From: Azolla caroliniana
Taxonomy: Eukaryota; Plantae; Polypodiophyta
Assembly (NCBI GenBank): GCA_043228905.1
Contig: JBHGNT010000703.1
Coordinates: forward strand, 1-17,253
DNA: 17,253 nucleotides
Direction: 5' to 3'
The stretch's first letter is position 1. Each line of letters opens with the position of its first letter. The notes under the pieces were generated by a model. That model was not told the origin of the DNA. It searched no databases and saw nothing but the letters and a program-made list of their open reading frames with translations. The translations under genes and the position numbers were made by a program. Of the stretch, positions 1 to 8,084 are shown in pieces.

Positions 1-1
1 T

Positions 2-595
2 CGTGAGGGGTTCCTTGAGGAGGGGCGCCGCTACAGAGACAACAAGAGAGACTCCGAAGAGGAAAGGGAACGTCGTAGCCGTGGTCGCGATGAGCCACGT
101 GACGAGGAACTGAGGCGAGAGTGCGGTGATTTCATCGACAAGCAGATCCGAGAGCTACAAGAGCGCTCCGAAAGAGAGGAAGGTGAACAAGGACGTCGCT
201 CCCCATGGATCGAAAACACTCGATACTCAAGACCCTCGGAACGGTGCTGCAGGAACGTCGAACGAATCCCCGCCGAAGATCGATGCGATCGCCTACGTGA
301 TGCCTTGTATGCTGACGAGGAGGAACGACGCAATGATGAAGGCCGACGCCATGGCCAACAATCAAGGGAACACCGTAGCTGGGAGGAAGAGGACGAGGAG
401 CGCGAGAGAGATAGCAGCCGTGAGCGACGAGAGGGTGACGAACGCCGCCACCGCATGTCTCGACGACAAGAGGACGAACGTCAACAACGTCGCCAATTCA
501 AGGCCGATGACGAGGAAAGAGCTCTAGGCGTCGCCGCCTCCCGCCTACTCCAACAGTGCGATCTTCGCCCTCGTGCTTGTATTCGTCGCTCCTAA
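2..595 (+). CDS. 5'-truncated copy (window edge) of the Arg/Glu-rich 2S albumin-like storage protein precursor, residues 65-261, ends ...CIRRS
   Basis: Frame starting at base 2 reads R-E-G-F-L-E-E... and matches the 3' part of 1465..2250. TAA at 593-595. Confidence 0.88.
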   Translation, partial: REGFLEEGRRYRDNKRDSEEERERRSRGRDEPRDEELRRECGDFIDKQIRELQERSEREEGEQGRRSPWIENTRYSRPSERCCRNVERIPAEDRCDRLRDALYADEEERRNDEGRRHGQQSREHRSWEEEDEERERDSSRERREGDERRHRMSRRQEDERQQRRQFKADDEERALGVAASRLLQQCDLRPRACIRRS

Positions 596-694
596 ATAGT
601 ACATAAACCTTGTTCAAATTATTCTCGTGGTCTCTCTCTAATTTCTCGTAAGTGTTTACGAACAAGTGCGTCTCCCCAATCGCGCATTACACCC

Positions 695-756
695 ACACGA
701 ACGTAAACACGAGCACCAACGTCCCTCCAACACGAACGTAAACACGAGCACCAACG
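695..756 (+). repeat. Perfect 27-bp direct repeat (ACACGAACGTAAACACGAGCACCAACG x2, 8-bp gap) in the spacer; present in every complete spacer
   Basis: Copies at 695-721 and 730-756, read directly from the sequence. Confidence 0.95.
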
Positions 757-1103
757 CATAGAATTTGCCTATAGGGACCGCAAACCACCCAAACGGAAAA
801 AAAAACATCAAAGCAGGACACCCATACCGCACACGCCACGGCAACGGCTAAGGCTAAGGTCAACTTGTACACGCGGCGAATGTGAACTTGCTTCCACACT
901 TGCCCGATAGGACACTCCTAGTGTGGTAGTCCGGTTAGCTTTCCTTGTCGTCGTCGTTACCAACCCCTCGTCCGTCCGAACGAGCGAGTACGGACACCGG
1001 TCTATCTACGTTCATCGATGTAGCACACTCGGGAGCCACCACTCGTCCCGCAGTAGCCTCCGCGTGCTTAGTGTCTCGGCACTAGCGCGTTCTAGTTTAA
1101 TGT

Positions 1104-1111
1104 GCACGTGC
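1104..1111. promoter_or_regulatory. G-box (gCACGTGc), candidate bZIP/bHLH site; present in every unit
   Basis: Palindromic CACGTG at 1105-1110, about 355 bp upstream of the ATG. Function is inferred from co-occurrence with RY boxes. Confidence 0.45.
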
Positions 1112-1266
1112 CCGCACACCCCTACGCGCACGCGCGAGTGCGCACATTTACCTATGTATGTATAAATGTTATGTTGCTCGACAAGCTCTCGCGCGAGGAG
1201 GAGGAGTACCCGCTACAGGTTGCGCCCAGATTGTCTGGTGACAATACGACACCTAGGACTAGCCTA

Positions 1267-1333
1267 GACGTGTGGGAGGGTGGACTAGTTGGTATGGGTC
1301 TTGGGCAAGAGTTGTACGCAGGACACACACGTT
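1267..1333. promoter_or_regulatory. ABRE-like ACGTG cores (GACGTGTGG at 1267-1275; ACACGTT at 1327-1333, i.e. AACGTGT on the - strand)
   Basis: ACGTG cores within 200 bp of the ATG, next to the RY box. Short motifs that could occur by chance. Confidence 0.4.
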
Positions 1334-1356
1334 ATGGTAATGGGAGTGGTGAGTGA

Positions 1357-1379
1357 CATGCATGTGCTCTGATTGCATG
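1357..1379 (+). promoter_or_regulatory. RY/Sph elements (B3-domain ABI3/FUS3/LEC2-type sites): CATGCATG at 1357-1364 and TGCATG at 1374-1379; present in every unit
   Basis: Perfect CATGCATG lies 24 bp upstream of the TATA box and about 100 bp upstream of the ATG, a classic seed-storage promoter arrangement. It recurs at 3012, 4667, 6322, 7977, 9632, 11287, 12942, 14597 and 16252. Confidence 0.75.
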
Positions 1380-1387
1380 GCCATGTG

Positions 1388-1398
1388 TATATATTAAA
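1388..1398 (+). promoter_or_regulatory. TATA box (TATATATTAAA); inferred transcription start near 1415-1425; present in every unit
   Basis: AT-only run starting 77 bp before the ATG at 1465, immediately downstream of the RY elements. Confidence 0.7.
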
Positions 1399-1464
1399 GG
1401 TGGAGGGAGCAATGTCAATACAATCCATTAGGAGACAAGCACCGGGATCATAAGGACAATCGCA

Positions 1465-2250
1465 ATGGCAAAGCTTACTTCCGTATTCCTCATGGCCGTG
1501 ATCATGCTCGCCGCGTGTACCGCGGCCAATGCTAGGTCTGTAGGGCGGGACCGTGAAGAGGAGCGACGCGATCGACGTCGTGAGGGAGACATTGACGAGG
1601 AGAGGCGCGATCGACGCCGAGAGGGGGAGTGCGATGACGAGAGGCGCGAGCGACGTCGTGAGGGGTTCCTTGAGGAGGGGCGCCGCTACAGAGACAACAA
1701 GAGAGACTCCGAAGAGGAAAGGGAACGTCGTAGCCGTGGTCGCGATGAGCCACGTGACGAGGAACTGAGGCGAGAGTGCGGTGATTTCATCGACAAGCAG
1801 ATCCGAGAGCTACAAGAGCGCTCCGAAAGAGAGGAAGGTGAACAAGGACGTCGCTCCCCATGGATCGAAAACACTCGATACTCAAGACCCTCGGAACGGT
1901 GCTGCAGGAACGTCGAACGAATCCCCGCCGAAGATCGATGCGATCGCCTACGTGATGCCTTGTATGCTGACGAGGAGGAACGACGCAATGATGAAGGCCG
2001 ACGCCATGGCCAACAATCAAGGGAACACCGTAGCTGGGAGGAAGAGGACGAGGAGCGCGAGAGAGATAGCAGCCGTGAGCGACGAGAGGGTGACGAACGC
2101 CGCCACCGCATGTCTCGACGACAAGAGGACGAACGTCAACAACGTCGCCAATTCAAGGCCGATGACGAGGAAAGAGCTCTAGGCGTCGCCGCCTCCCGCC
2201 TACTCCAACAGTGCGATCTTCGCCCTCGTGCTTGTATTCGTCGCTCCTAA
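1465..2250 (+). CDS. Secreted Arg/Glu-rich 2S albumin-like (prolamin superfamily) seed/spore storage protein precursor, 261 aa, C-terminus RRS
   Basis: Hydrophobic signal peptide MAKLTSVFLMAVIMLAACTAANA with an A-N-A cleavage motif. Cys pattern C105...C146C147-X11-C159...C250-X6-C257, with albumin-like contexts LRRECGDFI, PSERCCRNVERIP and ASRLLQQCDLRPRAC. Start context gcaATGG; upstream RY box and TATA; uninterrupted ORF. Family assignment is by motif recognition, not by search. Confidence 0.88.
   Translation: MAKLTSVFLMAVIMLAACTAANARSVGRDREEERRDRRREGDIDEERRDRRREGECDDERRERRREGFLEEGRRYRDNKRDSEEERERRSRGRDEPRDEELRRECGDFIDKQIRELQERSEREEGEQGRRSPWIENTRYSRPSERCCRNVERIPAEDRCDRLRDALYADEEERRNDEGRRHGQQSREHRSWEEEDEERERDSSRERREGDERRHRMSRRQEDERQQRRQFKADDEERALGVAASRLLQQCDLRPRACIRRS
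1555..1671 (+). repeat. In-frame 39-bp (13-aa) imperfect tandem repeat x3 in the N-terminal extension
   Basis: EEERRDRRREGDI / DEERRDRRREGEC / DDERRERRREGFL (residues 31-69). Confidence 0.9.
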
Positions 2251-3119
2251 ATAGTACATAAACCTTGTTCAAATTATTCTCGTGGTCTCTCTCTAATTTC
2301 TCGTAAGTGTTTACGAACAAGTGCGTCTCCCCAATCGCGCATTACACCCACACGAACGTAAACACGAGCACCAACGTCCCTCCAACACGAACGTAAACAC
2401 GAGCACCAACGCATAGAATTTGCCTATAGGGACCGCAAACCACCCAAACGGAAAAAAAAACATCAAAGCAGGACACCCATACCGCACACGCCACGGCAAC
2501 GGCTAAGGCTAAGGTCAACTTGTACACGCGGCGAATGTGAACTTGCTTCCACACTTGCCCGATAGGACACTCCTAGTGTGGTAGTCCGGTTAGCTTTCCT
2601 TGTCGTCGTCGTTACCAACCCCTCGTCCGTCCGAACGAGCGAGTACGGACACCGGTCTATCTACGTTCATCGATGTAGCACACTCGGGAGCCACCACTCG
2701 TCCCGCAGTAGCCTCCGCGTGCTTAGTGTCTCGGCACTAGCGCGTTCTAGTTTAATGTGCACGTGCCCGCACACCCCTACGCGCACGCGCGAGTGCGCAC
2801 ATTTACCTATGTATGTATAAATGTTATGTTGCTCGACAAGCTCTCGCGCGAGGAGGAGGAGTACCCGCTACAGGTTGCGCCCAGATTGTCTGGTGACAAT
2901 ACGACACCTAGGACTAGCCTAGACGTGTGGGAGGGTGGACTAGTTGGTATGGGTCTTGGGCAAGAGTTGTACGCAGGACACACACGTTATGGTAATGGGA
3001 GTGGTGAGTGACATGCATGTGCTCTGATTGCATGGCCATGTGTATATATTAAAGGTGGAGGGAGCAATGTCAATACAATCCATTAGGAGACAAGCACCGG
3101 GATCATAAGGACAATCGCA

Positions 3120-3905
3120 ATGGCAAAGCTTACTTCCGTATTCCTCATGGCCGTGATCATGCTCGCCGCGTGTACCGCGGCCAATGCTAGGTCTGTAGGG
3201 CGGGACCGTGAAGAGGAGCGACGCGATCGACGTCGTGAGGGAGACATTGACGAGGAGAGGCGCGATCGACGCCGAGAGGGGGAGTGCGATGACGAGAGGC
3301 GCGAGCGACGTCGTGAGGGGTTCCTTGAGGAGGGGCGCCGCTACAGAGACAACAAGAGAGACTCCGAAGAGGAAAGGGAACGTCGTAGCCGTGGTCGCGA
3401 TGAGCCACGTGACGAGGAACTGAGGCGAGAGTGCGGTGATTTCATCGACAAGCAGATCCGAGAGCTACAAGAGCGCTCCGAAAGAGAGGAAGGTGAACAA
3501 GGACGTCGCTCCCCATGGATCGAAAACACTCGATACTCAAGACCCTCGGAACGGTGCTGCAGGAACGTCGAACGAATCCCCGCCGAAGATCGATGCGATC
3601 GCCTACGTGATGCCTTGTATGCTGACGAGGAGGAACGACGCAATGATGAAGGCCGACGCCATGGCCAACAATCAAGGGAACACCGTAGCTGGGAGGAAGA
3701 GGACGAGGAGCGCGAGAGAGATAGCAGCCGTGAGCGACGAGAGGGTGACGAACGCCGCCACCGCATGTCTCGACGACAAGAGGACGAACGTCAACAACGT
3801 CGCCAATTCAAGGCCGATGACGAGGAAAGAGCTCTAGGCGTCGCCGCCTCCCGCCTACTCCAACAGTGCGATCTTCGCCCTCGTGCTTGTATTCGTCGCT
3901 CCTAA
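3120..3905 (+). CDS. 2S albumin-like Arg/Glu-rich storage protein precursor, copy ending RRS
   Basis: Translation identical to 1465..2250. Confidence 0.88.
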   Translation: MAKLTSVFLMAVIMLAACTAANARSVGRDREEERRDRRREGDIDEERRDRRREGECDDERRERRREGFLEEGRRYRDNKRDSEEERERRSRGRDEPRDEELRRECGDFIDKQIRELQERSEREEGEQGRRSPWIENTRYSRPSERCCRNVERIPAEDRCDRLRDALYADEEERRNDEGRRHGQQSREHRSWEEEDEERERDSSRERREGDERRHRMSRRQEDERQQRRQFKADDEERALGVAASRLLQQCDLRPRACIRRS

Positions 3906-4774
3906 ATAGTACATAAACCTTGTTCAAATTATTCTCGTGGTCTCTCTCTAATTTCTCGTAAGTGTTTACGAACAAGTGCGTCTCCCCAATCGCGCATTAC
4001 ACCCACACGAACGTAAACACGAGCACCAACGTCCCTCCAACACGAACGTAAACACGAGCACCAACGCATAGAATTTGCCTATAGGGACCGCAAACCACCC
4101 AAACGGAAAAAAAAACATCAAAGCAGGACACCCATACCGCACACGCCACGGCAACGGCTAAGGCTAAGGTCAACTTGTACACGCGGCGAATGTGAACTTG
4201 CTTCCACACTTGCCCGATAGGACACTCCTAGTGTGGTAGTCCGGTTAGCTTTCCTTGTCGTCGTCGTTACCAACCCCTCGTCCGTCCGAACGAGCGAGTA
4301 CGGACACCGGTCTATCTACGTTCATCGATGTAGCACACTCGGGAGCCACCACTCGTCCCGCAGTAGCCTCCGCGTGCTTAGTGTCTCGGCACTAGCGCGT
4401 TCTAGTTTAATGTGCACGTGCCCGCACACCCCTACGCGCACGCGCGAGTGCGCACATTTACCTATGTATGTATAAATGTTATGTTGCTCGACAAGCTCTC
4501 GCGCGAGGAGGAGGAGTACCCGCTACAGGTTGCGCCCAGATTGTCTGGTGACAATACGACACCTAGGACTAGCCTAGACGTGTGGGAGGGTGGACTAGTT
4601 GGTATGGGTCTTGGGCAAGAGTTGTACGCAGGACACACACGTTATGGTAATGGGAGTGGTGAGTGACATGCATGTGCTCTGATTGCATGGCCATGTGTAT
4701 ATATTAAAGGTGGAGGGAGCAATGTCAATACAATCCATTAGGAGACAAGCACCGGGATCATAAGGACAATCGCA

Positions 4775-5560
4775 ATGGCAAAGCTTACTTCCGTATTCCT
4801 CATGGCCGTGATCATGCTCGCCGCGTGTACCGCGGCCAATGCTAGGTCTGTAGGGCGGGACCGTGAAGAGGAGCGACGCGATCGACGTCGTGAGGGAGAC
4901 ATTGACGAGGAGAGGCGCGATCGACGCCGAGAGGGGGAGTGCGATGACGAGAGGCGCGAGCGACGTCGTGAGGGGTTCCTTGAGGAGGGGCGCCGCTACA
5001 GAGACAACAAGAGAGACTCCGAAGAGGAAAGGGAACGTCGTAGCCGTGGTCGCGATGAGCCACGTGACGAGGAACTGAGGCGAGAGTGCGGTGATTTCAT
5101 CGACAAGCAGATCCGAGAGCTACAAGAGCGCTCCGAAAGAGAGGAAGGTGAACAAGGACGTCGCTCCCCATGGATCGAAAACACTCGATACTCAAGACCC
5201 TCGGAACGGTGCTGCAGGAACGTCGAACGAATCCCCGCCGAAGATCGATGCGATCGCCTACGTGATGCCTTGTATGCTGACGAGGAGGAACGACGCAATG
5301 ATGAAGGCCGACGCCATGGCCAACAATCAAGGGAACACCGTAGCTGGGAGGAAGAGGACGAGGAGCGCGAGAGAGATAGCAGCCGTGAGCGACGAGAGGG
5401 TGACGAACGCCGCCACCGCATGTCTCGACGACAAGAGGACGAACGTCAACAACGTCGCCAATTCAAGGCCGATGACGAGGAAAGAGCTCTAGGCGTCGCC
5501 GCCTCCCGCCTACTCCAACAGTGCGATCTTCGCCCTCGTGCTTGTATTCGTCGCTCCTAA
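4775..5560 (+). CDS. 2S albumin-like Arg/Glu-rich storage protein precursor, copy ending RRS
   Basis: Translation identical to 1465..2250. Confidence 0.88.
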   Translation: MAKLTSVFLMAVIMLAACTAANARSVGRDREEERRDRRREGDIDEERRDRRREGECDDERRERRREGFLEEGRRYRDNKRDSEEERERRSRGRDEPRDEELRRECGDFIDKQIRELQERSEREEGEQGRRSPWIENTRYSRPSERCCRNVERIPAEDRCDRLRDALYADEEERRNDEGRRHGQQSREHRSWEEEDEERERDSSRERREGDERRHRMSRRQEDERQQRRQFKADDEERALGVAASRLLQQCDLRPRACIRRS

Positions 5561-6429
5561 ATAGTACATAAACCTTGTTCAAATTATTCTCGTGGTCTCT
5601 CTCTAATTTCTCGTAAGTGTTTACGAACAAGTGCGTCTCCCCAATCGCGCATTACACCCACACGAACGTAAACACGAGCACCAACGTCCCTCCAACACGA
5701 ACGTAAACACGAGCACCAACGCATAGAATTTGCCTATAGGGACCGCAAACCACCCAAACGGAAAAAAAAACATCAAAGCAGGACACCCATACCGCACACG
5801 CCACGGCAACGGCTAAGGCTAAGGTCAACTTGTACACGCGGCGAATGTGAACTTGCTTCCACACTTGCCCGATAGGACACTCCTAGTGTGGTAGTCCGGT
5901 TAGCTTTCCTTGTCGTCGTCGTTACCAACCCCTCGTCCGTCCGAACGAGCGAGTACGGACACCGGTCTATCTACGTTCATCGATGTAGCACACTCGGGAG
6001 CCACCACTCGTCCCGCAGTAGCCTCCGCGTGCTTAGTGTCTCGGCACTAGCGCGTTCTAGTTTAATGTGCACGTGCCCGCACACCCCTACGCGCACGCGC
6101 GAGTGCGCACATTTACCTATGTATGTATAAATGTTATGTTGCTCGACAAGCTCTCGCGCGAGGAGGAGGAGTACCCGCTACAGGTTGCGCCCAGATTGTC
6201 TGGTGACAATACGACACCTAGGACTAGCCTAGACGTGTGGGAGGGTGGACTAGTTGGTATGGGTCTTGGGCAAGAGTTGTACGCAGGACACACACGTTAT
6301 GGTAATGGGAGTGGTGAGTGACATGCATGTGCTCTGATTGCATGGCCATGTGTATATATTAAAGGTGGAGGGAGCAATGTCAATACAATCCATTAGGAGA
6401 CAAGCACCGGGATCATAAGGACAATCGCA

Positions 6430-7215
6430 ATGGCAAAGCTTACTTCCGTATTCCTCATGGCCGTGATCATGCTCGCCGCGTGTACCGCGGCCAATGCTAG
6501 GTCTGTAGGGCGGGACCGTGAAGAGGAGCGACGCGATCGACGTCGTGAGGGAGACATTGACGAGGAGAGGCGCGATCGACGCCGAGAGGGGGAGTGCGAT
6601 GACGAGAGGCGCGAGCGACGTCGTGAGGGGTTCCTTGAGGAGGGGCGCCGCTACAGAGACAACAAGAGAGACTCCGAAGAGGAAAGGGAACGTCGTAGCC
6701 GTGGTCGCGATGAGCCACGTGACGAGGAACTGAGGCGAGAGTGCGGTGATTTCATCGACAAGCAGATCCGAGAGCTACAAGAGCGCTCCGAAAGAGAGGA
6801 AGGTGAACAAGGACGTCGCTCCCCATGGATCGAAAACACTCGATACTCAAGACCCTCGGAACGGTGCTGCAGGAACGTCGAACGAATCCCCGCCGAAGAT
6901 CGATGCGATCGCCTACGTGATGCCTTGTATGCTGACGAGGAGGAACGACGCAATGATGAAGGCCGACGCCATGGCCAACAATCAAGGGAACACCGTAGCT
7001 GGGAGGAAGAGGACGAGGAGCGCGAGAGAGATAGCAGCCGTGAGCGACGAGAGGGTGACGAACGCCGCCACCGCATGTCTCGACGACAAGAGGACGAACG
7101 TCAACAACGTCGCCAATTCAAGGCCGATGACGAGGAAAGAGCTCTAGGCGTCGCCGCCTCCCGCCTACTCCAACAGTGCGATCTTCGCCCTCGTGCTTGT
7201 ATTCGTCGCTCCTAA
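6430..7215 (+). CDS. 2S albumin-like Arg/Glu-rich storage protein precursor, copy ending RRS
   Basis: Translation identical to 1465..2250. Confidence 0.88.
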   Translation: MAKLTSVFLMAVIMLAACTAANARSVGRDREEERRDRRREGDIDEERRDRRREGECDDERRERRREGFLEEGRRYRDNKRDSEEERERRSRGRDEPRDEELRRECGDFIDKQIRELQERSEREEGEQGRRSPWIENTRYSRPSERCCRNVERIPAEDRCDRLRDALYADEEERRNDEGRRHGQQSREHRSWEEEDEERERDSSRERREGDERRHRMSRRQEDERQQRRQFKADDEERALGVAASRLLQQCDLRPRACIRRS

Positions 7216-8084
7216 ATAGTACATAAACCTTGTTCAAATTATTCTCGTGGTCTCTCTCTAATTTCTCGTAAGTGTTTACGAACAAGTGCGTCTCCCCAAT
7301 CGCGCATTACACCCACACGAACGTAAACACGAGCACCAACGTCCCTCCAACACGAACGTAAACACGAGCACCAACGCATAGAATTTGCCTATAGGGACCG
7401 CAAACCACCCAAACGGAAAAAAAAACATCAAAGCAGGACACCCATACCGCACACGCCACGGCAACGGCTAAGGCTAAGGTCAACTTGTACACGCGGCGAA
7501 TGTGAACTTGCTTCCACACTTGCCCGATAGGACACTCCTAGTGTGGTAGTCCGGTTAGCTTTCCTTGTCGTCGTCGTTACCAACCCCTCGTCCGTCCGAA
7601 CGAGCGAGTACGGACACCGGTCTATCTACGTTCATCGATGTAGCACACTCGGGAGCCACCACTCGTCCCGCAGTAGCCTCCGCGTGCTTAGTGTCTCGGC
7701 ACTAGAGCGTTCTAGTTTAATGTGCACGTGCCCGCACACCCCTACGCGCACGCGCGAGTGCGCACATTTACCTATGTATGTATAAATGTTATGTTGCTCG
7801 ACAAGCTCTCGCGCGAGGAGGAGGAGTACCCGCTACAGGTTGCGCCCAGATTGTCTGGTGACAATACGACACCTAGGACTAGCCTAGACGTGTGGGAGGG
7901 TGGACTAGTTGGTATGGGTCTTGGGCAAGAGTTGTACGCAGGACACACACGTTATGGTAATGGGAGTGGTGAGTGACATGCATGTGCTCTGATTGCATGG
8001 CCATGTGTATATATTAAAGGTGGAGGGAGCAATGTCAATACAATCCATTAGGAGACAAGCACCGGGATCATAAGGACAATCGCA

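Noticed and set aside
305-595. 96-aa ORF in the ORF track
   Set aside because: It is only the in-frame 3' part of the edge-truncated storage-protein gene, called from an internal TTG.
695-756. 27-bp direct repeat as a CRISPR array
   Set aside because: Only two copies with an 8-bp invariant gap, no cas genes, and a eukaryote-like context.
846-859. GGCTAAGGCTAAGG as a telomere-like repeat
   Set aside because: Only about 2.3 units, and it does not match TTTAGGG or TTAGGG on either strand.
1161-1166. TATAAA as the gene's TATA box
   Set aside because: It lies 300 bp from the ATG and upstream of the RY/ABRE motifs, and using it would put several upstream ATGs in the leader. The 1388 element fits better.
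656-1356. Short spacer ORFs (62 and 70 aa on -, 80 and 84 aa on +)
   Set aside because: No recognisable domains. The hydrophobic look of the minus-strand ORFs follows from G/T-rich composition and the 27-bp duplication, and the plus-strand ORFs overlap promoter motifs.
1412-1453. 13-codon upstream ORF (ATG at 1412, TAA at 1451-1453)
   Set aside because: Its ATG is only 24 bp after the start of the TATA box, so it probably lies at or before the TSS. It cannot be supported without TSS data.
1686-2111. 141-aa Ser/Arg/Leu-rich minus-strand ORF (and its copies)
   Set aside because: Antisense shadow of the GAG/GAA/CGN codons in the main CDS; low complexity and no independent support.
1553-2182. 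Alternative-frame ORFs overlapping the CDS (71 aa and 133 aa on +; 73 aa and 77 aa on -)
   Set aside because: By-products of a purine-rich, stop-poor coding sequence, several with non-ATG starts. Their recurrence simply reflects the array.
1465-2250. Alternative identity as an SR/RNA-binding, trichohyalin-like or vicilin N-terminal protein
   Set aside because: The signal peptide and CC-centred Cys skeleton argue against nuclear or cytoskeletal R/E-rich proteins. There are no CXXXC pairs or cupin domain to support vicilin.
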